Origin: Heterodontus francisci
Lineage: Eukaryota
Length of the DNA: 46,573 bases
Reading direction: 5' to 3'
Assembly (NCBI RefSeq): GCF_036365525.1
Contig: NC_090404.1
Location: forward strand, 4,853,428 to 4,900,000
The notes under the pieces are model-generated. The model saw nothing but the letters and a program-made list of their open reading frames with translations. It was not told where the DNA came from and made no database searches. Shown here piece by piece: positions 11,316 to 23,000 of this stretch; position 1 is the first letter of the stretch, and every line of letters starts with the position of its first letter. Made by a program: the position numbers and the translations under genes.

Positions 11316-14145
11316 CCCATTTCGGCAAAAGTGTCCATAACGCTGGAAGGTTTAAGGGAGATATGGAAAAGGACAAAGATAGACCAGAAATAAAGGTACT
11401 GAATTGGGGGAAGGACGATTTCAATACGATAAAACAGGATCTGGCCGTAGTGGACTGGGAGCCGCTACTTGGAGGAAAGTCTACACCAGACCAGTGGGAG
11501 TCATTCAAAGAGGAAACATGAGAGTTCGAAGCCAACATGTACCCGTTAAGGTGAAGGGAACCCTGGATGTCAAGGGATATAGAGGATTGGATCAGGAAAA
11601 AAGGAAGCTTTTGGCAGATTCACAGCGCTGAAAGCAGTGGTGGTACTAGATGACTATAGAAAGTGTAGCCGGGGTTACTTAAAATAGTAATTAGGAGAGG
11701 GAAGAATAGATAAGAAAAAACACTGGCAGGCTAGATAAAGGAAAATCCTAAAGCATTTTCTAAGTATATTAAGGGTAAGAGGATAACCAGGGAAAGAGTA
11801 GGACCCATTAGGGACCAAAGGTGCAATCTCTGTGTGGAGCCGGAGGACATTGGTGAGGTTTTATATGATTACTTTTAATCTGAGTTCACCATAGAGAAGG
11901 TCAATGTTGGTGTAGAGATCAGGGAAGGGGATTGTGATATACTTGAACATATTAGCATTGAAAGGGAGGAAGTATTAGCGGTACTGGTGGGCTTAAAAGT
12001 GGATGAATCCCCAGGCCCAGAGGAGATGTATCCCAGGCGGTTATGTGAGGCAAGGGAAGAGACAGTAAGGACTCTGACACAAATTTTCAAATCTGCTCTG
12101 GCCACAGGAGAGGTACCAGTGGATTGGAGGACTGCGAATGTGGTACCATTATTCAAGAAGGGTAGTAGGGATAAACCAGGGAATTACAGGCCGGTGAGTG
12201 TAACATCAGTGGTATGGAAACTATTGGAAAAAATCTCTGAGGGATAGGATTAATCTCCACTTAGAGACGCAGGGATTAATCAGGGATAGGGAGCATGGCT
12301 TTGTCAGGGGGAGATCGTGTCTAACTAACTAGATTGAATGTTACAAGGCGGTGACTCAATGTATAGATGAGGATAAAGCAGTTGATATTCTACATGGACT
12401 TCAGTCAGGTTTTTGATAAGGTCCCACATGGGAGATTGTTTAAAAAGATAAGATCTCATGGGATCCAGGGCAATTTGGCAAATTGGATCCAAAATTGGCT
12501 CAGTAGCAGGAGGCAGAGGGTTATGGTTGAGGGTTGTTTTTGCAAGTGGAAGCCTTTGACCAGTGGTGTACCGCAGGGATCGGTGCTGGGACCCGTACTG
12601 TTTGTAGTGTACATTAATGATTTAGGCGTGAATATAGGAGGTGTGATCAGTAAGTTCGCAGATGACATGAAAATTGGTGGTGTCGTAAATAGTGAGGAGG
12701 ATGGCCTTACATTACAGGACGATATCGATGGGCTGGTAAGATGGGCAGAACAGTGGCAAATAGAATTTAATCCTGAGAAGTGTGAGGTGATGCATTTTTG
12801 GAGTACTAATCAGGCAAGGGAATATATCGTGGATGGCAGGACCCTATGAAGTACAGAGGGTCAGAGGGACCTTGGTGTACTTGTCCATGGATCACTGAAA
12901 GCAGCAGCACAGGTAGATAAGATGGTTAGCAAGGCATATGAAAATTATTAGAGGCATTTATGGGATAGATAGGAAGAAACATTTTCCCTCAGCGGAGAGG
13001 TCAATAACTAGGGGACATAGATTTAAGGAAATGGGCAGGAGTTTTAGAGGGGAGTGGAGGAAAGAAAATTCACCCAGATGTTGATTGGAATCTGGAACAC
13101 ACTGCCTGAAGAGGCGGGAGAGGCAGGAACACACACGACATTTAAGAAGTATTTAGGTGAGCACTTGAAATGCCATAGCATACAAGACTATGGGTCAAGT
13201 GCGGGCAAGTGGGATTAGTTTTGGACAGGTGCTTAATTGTCAGCGCAGGGGCGCTGGGCCGAAGGGCCTGCTTCTGTGCTGTAAAACTCTATGACTCTGT
13301 AGAATTGTTGCCTTGATGATCCGAGGCATTGAATATAAGAGCAGGGAGGTTATGATGGAGCTGTATAAAACACTGGTTAGGCCACAGCTGGAGTACTGTG
13401 AACAGTTCTGGGCACCACACTATAGGAAGGATGTGATTGCACTGGATTAGATGATTAGATTAGATTAGAGATACAGCACTGAAACAGGCCCTTCAGCCCA
13501 CCGAGTCTGTGCCGAACATCAACCACCCCATTTATACTAATCCTACACTAATCCCATATTCCTACCAAACATCCCCACCTGTCCCTTTATTTCCCTACCA
13601 CCTACCTACACTAGTGACAATTTATAATGGCCAATTTACCTATCAACCTGCAAGTCTTTTGGCTTGTGGGAGGAAACTGGAGCACCCGGAGAAAACCCAC
13701 GCAGACACAGGGAGAACTTGCAAACTCCACACAGGCAGTACCCGGAATCGAACCCGGGTCCCTGGAGCTGTGAGGCTGCAGTGCTCACCACTGTGCCGCA
13801 GCCTCAGGAGAGGGTGCAGAGGAGATTCACCAGGATGTTGCCTTGGCTGGAGCATTTCAGCTATGCAGAGAGACTGAAAAGGCTAGGGTTGTTTTACTTA
13901 GAGCAGAGAAGGCTGAGGGGGAAACATGATTGAGGTTTACAAAATTATGATTGGCAGTGATTGGTTAGATAGGAAGAAAATGTTTCCCTCAGCGGAGGCG
14001 TCAATAACCAGGGAGCATAGATTTAAGATAAGGGGCAGGAGGTTTAGAGGGGATTTGAGGAATTTGTTTTTCACTCTGAGGATGGTTGGAATCTGGAATG
14101 CACTGCATGAAGAGGTGGTGGAGGCAGGAACCCTCACAACATTTA
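11316..14145 (+). mobile_element. CR1 LINE ORF2 fragments (two 3' segments) inserted in the 27-bp array
   Basis: SPGPEEMYPR, PGNYRPVS, SGVPQGSVLGP, KFADD motifs; frameshifted; array resumes at 14146. Confidence 0.95.
13445..13800 (-). mobile_element. HE1-like V-SINE nested in CR1
   Basis: Near-identical reverse complement of 28931-29290; (gatta)n tail. Confidence 0.9.
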
Positions 14146-14335
14146 CACGATATTACACTAGACGATGTTTCAGTTATGACTGGACTTCCTTGCATCTCTG
14201 CTAATATTACACTAGACACTATCTCTGTTCTTACTGCACCTGTCCCTGTCTCTGTTTATATTACACTGGACCCTCTCTCGGTTTATATTACACTGGGCCA
14301 TGTTGGTTTTTCACTGCACTAGGCCATGTTTCCAG
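14146..14335 (+). repeat. 27-bp minisatellite, continuation
   Basis: ctgtctctgtttatattacactggacc units. Confidence 0.85.
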
Positions 14336-14370
14336 TAGATGAAGAGATATTATTATAAATAAGGATGTTA

Positions 14371-14541
14371 GACTGGAAATTGGTATCAGGTTACGGCCGA
14401 ACGGACCCTTTTGGCTCGGCCGCCTGTTCGACCCAGGGCCTGGTGCTCAATTTCATTGCAGTCAACGGAGTTGCTGCCTCTCCCAGGCGGTCAATCCGAT
14501 CGTGACGCTTTCTGTGCCACTGCCTGAAACCAATTTCCATC
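14371..14541. mobile_element. PIF/Harbinger-type MITE
   Basis: TIRs tggaaattggtatcagg / cctgaaaccaatttcca; flanked by TTA at 14368-14370 and 14542-14544. Confidence 0.7.
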
Positions 14542-14570
14542 TTATGTGTTTGTTTGTTGGGCGGGTATAA

Positions 14571-15008
14571 TCATTTTCTGTATGGAAAAATACCTTTAAT
14601 CTTGTTAATACCTATCAGTAGCTTATGTGAAATTTCTAATTGCTCTGGTATTATGTGGGTAATATTTGTGTTGAAAGGATGGGCTGAATCCTGCAACAAG
14701 CTCCCAGAGACGGACTGGGTGGGATTGAAGGACTAAAGGTCAGTAATAGTGTACTGCACTTTACAACACTTGGTAACAAACTCTGTTGTGTTAAAGTGTA
14801 CTAATTCACACTTGTGTTGTACTGTGACAATTCCTCACTTTTTAATGTTCAGGATATTTTAGTCGCTGCGGGATTTTCAATTTCGACTTCACTTGACCTC
14901 GTGATTGTGTTCGAAACAGTCTGGAACAGTGACCCCGCAGCCCCAACCGACAGGCTGCCGCAAGGTCCTAATGTCCACCAAGTTCAATCATCTGATCAAC
15001 AGGGACAA
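14571..15008 (-). pseudogene. Family A cassette copy 3 (inverted, uninterrupted)
   Basis: Acceptor gttttcatttcag; VPVDQMIELGG.., IS*TLKSEELSQY.., LWELVAGFSP, LEISHKLLIGINKIKGIF. Confidence 0.5.
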
Positions 15009-15189
15009 CTGAAATGAAAACACACAATGTTTTATTTAGGCGAGTGTGTGTGTGTGTGTGTGTGTGTACCAAATAAATCATCCTTCATGATTGCAAGGTG
15101 GTTCCACATAGTTATATAACCTATTTCACTAGATTGTTTCTGCATTTTATTTCCTTTTATTCAAACTGTAATTGCAGATTGTTTAATAC

Positions 15190-16260
15190 CGTGTGATATA
15201 AACAGAGATATGGCCCCGTGCAATGATAACAGAGAGACAGGACATCAGGTGAAACTATAAGAACCATGTCTTGATGAAATCATAATTGAAACAATACTTT
15301 GTACAATAATAATTGAAAGTGGTTATAGTGTAAGACTAACAGAAGCAGGGTCAACTTTAACAATACCAGAAACATGTTCCTACTGAAAAGTGACAGAGAC
15401 AAAGTCTCCAGCAATAATAATAGAGGTGTGCACTAGAATTGGAATAACAGACAGGTTATTTTTCTAAAAATAAGAATGGCAATGTGTAACAATTACACAG
15501 ACAGGGTCTAATACAATAAGAGTAGAGGCAGGATCCAGAGTATAACAGCAAACATGTGGCTTACTTTGAGTGTAACAAAGGCAGTGTTTGATCCAATAAT
15601 AACAGAGGCAGGCTGCAGTGTATTACTGAACACATCACTATATCCAGTGTGATGATAACAGTCAGTATCCAGTGCATCAAAACCAAAGCTTTGGTCTCCG
15701 ATCATAGTGCATGTGAGTCAGAATCTATTGACATAACATCAAATACTTTGCCTAACACCTCATAACAGATTCAATGACCACTGCAGTTTGAATGAGATGG
15801 GCTGAGTGTAATAACACAGGCACTATCTGGTGTAATGGGAGCAGGGAAAAGATCATGTCAGCATTGACACTCTCAGCCTCAGTCAGAAGGTATGGGTTCA
15901 AGCCCCACTCCAGACACTCGACTGCATAATCTAGGCCGATGCTCCCGTTGCCAATATAAATGCAAGTCGTTCTGTTCTTTTGCCCACTATTTTCTTAGAC
16001 TCAGAAGGAGTGAGGGGAATGGCAGATGGAGCAATTCTAGGCAATTTCTCCAACCAGCAAGGCAGGGGTTCTGGTGACATAATTGCAAGTTTGACGTGAC
16101 TGCCCACTCCTAAAAGACCTCTTCCCCCTCTCCCACTAATAATCACAGAGGCCGGCTCAAGGGTATCAATAACAGAGGCTGCTTTTACTGCAAGAACTCT
16201 TACCTTGAGAGAGGCAGGGGGTCGAATAAACACCAGATTGCAATAGGAAGACAAAGTGCA
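15190..16260 (-). repeat. Patchy 27-bp repeat, minus sense
   Basis: aataacagaggcagg / atataaacagagatatgg units at 15190-15690, 15805-15840 and 16135-16260. Confidence 0.7.
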
Positions 16261-16477
16261 GGGAAGCACTGACGTTTTGGGCCCAGTACAGGCTTCTGTG
16301 TTATGGTGAGTGAAACAGGGAGTAGTGTGAAAAAATAGGAATAGAAACATCATGACAGGCACATGTGGATGACTCCACCTGACTGAGCTGATGCACAAAA
16401 GGGGGTGACCACGAGGACAGGGCGTACTCCAGAGATTTCTGATATCTGAGGTGATAATGGTGCATGTCTCAGAGGAA
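15690..16477 (-). pseudogene. Possible IgSF cassette broken up by repeats
   Basis: Acceptor tttcttttcag at 16478-16479; ISSVRW, VSLTIT..QC; distal VVIESV..LTCTM at ~15700-15790; same position relative to an A copy as 17698-19540. Confidence 0.3.
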
Positions 16478-16506
16478 CTGAAAAGAAACTGTTTCTTCTC
16501 ATCTGT

Positions 16507-16972
16507 CAGCTGTGCCTCAGTTTTTACAACGCTCACCTTTGAGTCATAAGCTTCCAGGTTCAAGACCCAATCCGGGGCTTGAGAGCAAAAATCAAGTCTG
16601 ATACAGTAGTGCAGTGTTGAGGGAGCACAGCACTGCCAGAGGTGCCGTCTTTCAGATGAGATGTTAAACCAAGGCCCAAATCTACTTGCTCGGGTGGATG
16701 TAAAAGCTCTCTGGTACTATTTGGAAGAAGAACAAAGGAGTTATCCCCAGTGTCCTGGTCAAGGTTTATCCCTCAATCAACATCACAAAAACAGATTATC
16801 TAGTCTTTATCGCATTGCTGCTTGTGGGAGTTTGCTGTTTGTAAACTGGCTGATATGTTTCCTGCATTACAACAGTGACTACACTTCAAAAGTACTTCAT
16901 GGATTCTAAAGCATTTTGAGATGTCCGGTGGTTGTGAAAAGCATGATATAAATGCAAGTCTTTCCTTTCCTT
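16507..16972 (+). mobile_element. Deu-SINE, near full length
   Basis: tRNA-like head, ggtactatttggaagaaga..ttatccctcaatcaacatcac..acagtgactacacttcaaaagtacttcat..atataaatgcaagtctttc tail. Confidence 0.8.
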
Positions 16973-17341
16973 TTGGCAGTCGCTGTGTTGCACAGGAACA
17001 TCGGGGCCGGATCTGACAATTCGTAGAAACCAATGTTTTAAATCTTCTGCTAAAGCCAATTAAATTCAAAGTTCAAACCTCTCCAGAGGAAAATTAAGAG
17101 TTGTGCAAAAATGAGTGAGCTGTCCAATTAATCCCATTGTTCATATCGCTGCCAATTTGCACCCCCCACCCCCACTCCACCACCACCATCTGTCTGGCAA
17201 CAAAACCAAAAGGGGAGATGACAAGAATTTTGTTTTAATACAGAGATTTTCTGTGATCTGGAATGCACACCGTGAAAGGGTGCTTGAAGCAGATTGAACA
17301 GTAACTTTCAAAGGGAACTGGATAAATACCTGAGGGGAGAG

Positions 17342-17475
17342 GGGAGATTGTTGCAGGATTCACCCCATCCTTTCAACACAAATATTACCCACATAATACC
17401 AGAGCAATTAGAAATTTCAAACAGCTACTGATAGCTATTAACAAGGTTAAAGATATTCTTCCATACGGAAAATGA
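17342..17475 (+). pseudogene. Family A 3' fragment (copy 5), joined to a CR1 scrap at 17225-17340
   Basis: gggagattgttgcaggattcaccccatcctttcaacacaaatattacccacataataccagagcaattagaaatt matches the other A copies. Confidence 0.55.
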
Positions 17476-17531
17476 TTACACCCGCCCGATTTTGAACACT
17501 TCTATTAAATAGTAACACACGCAGGTGGAGT

Positions 17532-17565
<34 letters not shown>

Positions 17566-17697
17566 AAAACAGACACTTTTAAAAAGTCAGAAACACGAGG
17601 TGGTGAGAGATAAAAGCTGAGAAATAGAGAAAACAAGGAACACACAGAGAGAATGGCATAAAATTAAAGGGAGCAAACTGCCAGCTGCCGGTTTCAG

Positions 17698-19540
17698 AGA
17701 GCAGAGGGAGCTCAGTGACTGATCCACAGACATGGTCAGTTATGTCCGGGAATGGAGACTCGAAACAGAAACAACAGGTTCATTTGTAAATGTCACCACA
17801 ATGTGATCTGTGTGACTCTGCACCCACTCTGTGGACAGATATAGGCCGCCTTGGCAGATGTTTCCACCAGATTGTGGCCCCTGGATTTATTTTCTGCTCA
17901 GAAGTGAGATGTGTGGTTTGGAACCGGCAGAAGAGAAACAGGAAGTTGTGTTGCCTGAGAATGAAATAGCAGGTGTCAATTTCAGGTTATCACCATGAAC
18001 AGTCTTCCTGCCTGTGAGGGTGGATTCAATCTGACAGCACCAAGAACCAGCTCACAGATTGCTTCTGGTCTCAACATTGCATTCACCTCCATTCACATTT
18101 AATTCACATTTGATTCAGTGAGTTCAGTCTGCGAGAGAGGAGAGAGGTTCAGTGAGTTCAGTCTGAGCAAGAGGAGAGAGGTTCAGTGAGTTCAGTCTGA
18201 GAGAGGAGAGAGGTTCAGTGAGTTCAGTCTGAGAGAGAGGAAAGAGGTTCAATGAGTTCAGTCTGAGAGAGAGGAAATAGGTTCAATGATTTCAGTCTGA
18301 GAGAGAGGAGAGAGGTTCAGTGAGTTCAGTCTGAGAGAGAGGAGAGAGGTTCAGTGAGTTCAGTCTGACAGAAAGGAGAGAAATTCAATGAGTTCAGTCT
18401 GAGAGAGAGGAGAGAGATTCAGTGAGTTCAGTCTGAGAGAGGAGAGAGATTCTGTGAGTTCAGTCTGAAGAGAGGAGAGACATTCAGTGAGTTCAGTCTG
18501 AAAGAGAGGAGAGAGGTTCAGTGAGTTCAGTCTGAGAGACAGAAGAGAGAGTCAGTGAGTTCAGTCTGAGAGAGGAGAGAGATTCAGTGAGTTCAGTCTG
18601 AGAGAGGAGAGAGATTCAGTGAGTTCAGTCTGAGAGAGGAGAGAGATTCAGTGAGTTCAGTCTGAGAGAGAGGAGAGAGGTTCAGTGACTTCAGTCTGAG
18701 AGAGGAGAGAGATTCAGTGAGTTCAGTCTGAGAGAGGAGAGAGATTCAGTGAGTTCAGTCTGAGAGAGGAGAGAGATTCAGTGAGTTCAGTCTGAGAGAG
18801 GAGAGAGGTTCAGTGAGTTCAGTCTGAAAGAGAGGAGAGAGGTTCATTGAGTTCAGTCTAAGAGACAGAAGAGAGAGTCAGTGAGTTCAGTCAGAGAGAG
18901 AGGAGAGACATTCAGTGAGTTCAGTCTGAGAGAGAGGAGAGAGGTTCAGTGAGTTCAGTCTGAGAGAGAGGAGAGAGGTTCAGTGAGTTCAGTCTGAGAG
19001 AGAGGAGAGGTTCAGTGAGTTCAGTCTGAGAGAGAGGAGAGAAGTTCAGTGAGTTCAGTCTGAGAAAGAGGAGAGAGATTTAGTGAGTTCAGTCTGAGAA
19101 AGAGGAGAAAGGTTCAGTGAGTTCAGTCTGAGAAAGAGGAGAGAAATTCAGTGACTTCAGTCTGAGAGAGAGGAGACAGGTTCAGTGAGTTCAGTCTGAG
19201 AAAGAGGAGAGAAATTCAATGAGTTCAGTCTGAGAGAGAGGTGAGAGGTTCAGTGAGTTCAGTCTGAGAGAGAGGAGAGAGATTCAGTGACTTCAGTCTG
19301 AGAGAGAGGAGAGAGATTCAGTGAGTTCAGTCTGAGAAAGAGGAAAGAAATTCAATGAGTTCAGTCTGAGAGAGAGGAGAGAGGTTCAGTGAGGTCAGTC
19401 TGAGAGAGGAGAGAGGTTCAGTGACTTCATTGCATCTGAGAGAGAGGTTCAATGAGTTCAGTGACAGACGTGTTCACCTGGGCAATGGAAGGGTCTGTGT
19501 GAGATCACTTTCTCAACAAGACCACACAACAGAATGTGTT
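17698..19540 (+). pseudogene. IgSF V-C cassette split by a minisatellite
   Basis: Acceptor ggtttcag; RGSSVT.P, EVRCVVW, EGGFNLT..EPA..W before the array; SVTDVF..GNGRVC/DHFLNKT after it; followed by the shared intron. Confidence 0.35.
18113..19463 (+). repeat. Purine-rich ~32-34-bp minisatellite, about 40 units
   Basis: (agttcagtctgagagagaggagagaggttcagtg)n, highly homogeneous, with (ag)n length variants. Confidence 0.97.
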
Positions 19541-20045
19541 GTGAATAGGTGTTATCGTTATTGAATGATACGGAATGCTATTACATTTTGAATAAATAGA
19601 AATTGAATAAAAGTTTGTAAAACGCTTCGTGCACATAATCACATGTTCGTGCAATGCATTGCATGCATTAAGAAGTATGTGTTCTCGGCACGTCATATCC
19701 ACACGCAACACACACACACACACACATATATGCCTCACACATGGTCACCCACAGACCACACACCCACACCCACAGAGCATACCACACACATGCACATACA
19801 CACACACAGAAACATTTTGTGTTAGCTGGTTTCAGTTGCACCACTTAACTCGTTGATGAAAATCTAATCGGGTGGACATTAGGACCCTACGGCAGACCAT
19901 CTGGTGGTGCTGAGAGGACACGGTTCCAGACTCTGTCCAACACAATCCGTGGGTCAGGCGAAAGTTAAACAGAAATTCCTGCAGAAAAAAAAATCCTTAA
20001 CATTAAAAAAAACTATCAGCAATGGAGACAGTACAACACAAATAT

Positions 20046-23000
20046 CATAGAGCTTTGCAGTACAAAAACAGGCCCTTTCCCGTTCATCAAGCACCTAACT
20101 ATTCTAATCCCATTTTCCAGCACTTGGCTCAGAGCCTTGTATACTATGGCGTTTCAGGTGCTCATCTATCTACTTCTTGTTGTGAGGGTTCCTGCCTCTA
20201 CCACCTCTTCAGGCAGTGCATTCCAGATTCCAACCACTCTCTGGGTGAAAATGTTTTCCTCAATTCCACTCTAAACCTCCTGCACTTTACCTTAAATCTA
20301 TGCCCCCTGGTTATTGACCGCTCCGATATAGGAAAAAGTTTCTTCCTATCTAACCTATCAATGCTCCTCATAATTTTGTATCCCTCAATCATATCTCCCC
20401 TCACCCTTCTCTGCTCCAAGGAAAACAACCGTAGCCTTTTCAGTCTGTCTGCATAGCTGAAATACTCCAGCCCAAGCAGCATCCTGGTGAATCTTCTCTG
20501 CACCCTCTCCAGTGCAATCACATCCTTCCTATAGTGTGGTGCCCAGAACTGTACACAGTACTCCAGCTGTGGCCTAACTAGCATTTTATACAGCTGCATC
20601 ATAACCTCCCTGCTCTGAAATTCTATGCCTCGGCTCATAAAGGCAAGTATCCCATATGCTTTCCTAACCACCTTATCTACCTGTGCTGCTGCCTTCAGTG
20701 ATCTATGGACAAGTACACCAAGGTCCCTCTGACCCTCTGTATTTCCTAGGGTCCTACCATCCATTGTATATTGCCTTGTCTTGTTAGTCCTCCCAAAATG
20801 CATCACATCACACTTCTCAGGATTAAATTCCATTTGCCAAAGCTCCACCCATCTTACCAGCCCATCTATATCGTCCTGTAATCTAAGGCTTTCCTCCTCA
20901 CTGTTTATGACACCACCAATTTTCGTGCCATTTGTGAACTTACTTACCATACCTCCTATATTCACGTCTAAATCATTAATGTACACTAAAAACAGCAAGG
21001 GTCGCAGCAACAATCCTGTGGTACACCACTGGTCACAGGCTTCCACTCACAAAAACAACCCTCGACCATCACCCTCTGCCTCCTGCCACTGAGCCTATTT
21101 TGGATCCAATTTGCCAAATTGACTTCGATCCCATGGGCTCTTACCTTCTTGACCAATCTCCCATGTGGAACCTTATCAAAAGCCTTACTGAAGTCCATGT
21201 AGACTACATCAACTGCTTTAGTCTCATCTACACATTTCATCACCGCCTCAAAAAATTCAATCAAGTTAGTCAGACACGATCTCCCCCTGACAAAGCAATG
21301 CTGACTATCCCTGATTAATCCCTGCCTCTCCAATTGGAGATTAATCCTGTCCCTCAGAGATTTTTCCAATCATTTCCCAACCAATGATGTTAGACTCACT
21401 GACCTGTAATTACCTGGTTTATCCCTGCTACCCTTCTTAAATAATGGTACCGTATTCGCTGTCCTCCAATCCTCTGGTACCTGTCCTGTGGCCAGAGAGG
21501 ATTTGAAAATTTGTGTCAGAGCCCCTGCTATCTCCTCCCTTGCCTCACATCACAGCCTGTGATACATCTTATCTGGGCCTGGGGATTTATACAGTTTTAA
21601 GCCCGTTATAACTGCTAATACTTCTTCCCTTTCAATGCTAATATGTTCAAGTATATCACAATCCCCCTCCCTGATCTCTACACCTACATCGTCCTTCTCC
21701 ATAGTGAACACAGATGAAAAGTAATCATTTAAAACCTCACCTATTTTCTCCGGCTCCACACACAGATTGTCACTTTGGTCCCTAATGTGTCCTACTCTTT
21801 CCCTGGTTATCCTCTTGCCTTTAATATACTGGCAAAATGCCTTAGGATTTTCCTTTATCTTGCCCGCAAGTGTTTTTTCATGTCCCCTCTTCGCTCTCCT
21901 AATTACTTATTTAAGTACCCCCCTACAATTTATATACTCCTCTAGTGCCTCCACTGTTTTCAGCGCTCTGAATCTGCCATAAGCCTCCGTTTTTTTGCTG
22001 ATCCAATCCTCTATATCTCTTAACATCCAGGGTTCCCTGAACTTGTTGGTTCTACCCTTCACCTTACTGGGTCCATGTTGGCTCTGAACTCTCATTATTT
22101 CATCTTTGAATGACTCCCACTGATCTGATGTCGACTTTCCTACAAGTAGCTGCTCCCAGTCCACTTTGGCCAGATCCTGTTTTATCATCTTAAAATCGGC
22201 CTTCCCCCAATTCAGTACCTTTATTTTCAGTCCATCTTTATCCTTTTCCATAACTACCTTAAATCTTGCAGAGTTATGGACACTATCCCCGAAATGTTCC
22301 CCCACTGACACTTCTGACACTTGTCCGGCTTCATTCTCCAGGATTAGGTCCAGTACTGCCCCTTCTCTTGTTTGGACTATCTACGTACTGGCTCAAAAAG
22401 CTCTCAAAGAACAAAGAACAAAGATAATTACAGCACAGGAACAGGCCCTGTGGCCCTCCAAGCCTGCACCGATCCAGATCCTCTCTCTAAACATGTCGCC
22501 TATTTTCTAAGGTTCTGTATCTCTTTTCTTCCTGCCCATTCATGTATCTGTATAGATACATCTTAAAAGACTCCATCGTGCCCGCATCTACTGGCGCTCC
22601 GCTGGCAATGCGTTCCAGGTGCCCACCACCCTCTGCGTAAAGAACTTTCCACGCATATCCCCCCTAAACATTTCCCCTTTCACTTTGAACTCGTGTCCTC
22701 TAGTAATTGAAACCCCCACTCTGGGAAAAAGCCTCTTGCTATCCACCCTGTCTATACCTCTCATGATTTTGTACACCTCAATCAGGTCCCCCCTCAACCT
22801 CCGTCTTTCTAATGAAAATAATCCTAATCTACTCAACCTCTCTTCATAGCTAGCGCCCTCCATACCAGGCAACATCCTGGTGAACCTCCTCTGCACCCTC
22901 TCCAAAGCATCCACATCCTTTTGATAATGTGGCGACCAGAGCTGTACGCAGTATTCCAAATGTGGCCGAACCAAAGTCCTATACAACTGTAACATGACCT

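Noticed and set aside
14571-15008. B30.2/SPRY-like words (WTLG, FISGR in some copies) in family A
   Set aside because: Order is reversed relative to PRY-SPRY and there is no LDP or YWEV motif
15931-16563. 210-aa ORF as a host gene (similarly 2157-2561, 28605-29129, 31656-32318, 41387-41893)
   Set aside because: Chance read-through across SINEs, repeats or alternative LINE frames
17760-17950. ISRE-like gaaacagaaac and ETS-like aaacaggaagt motifs
   Set aside because: Short motifs expected by chance; no downstream intact gene or promoter evidence
18113-19463. CRISPR-like array
   Set aside because: Head-to-tail units without unique spacers, eukaryotic context, no cas genes
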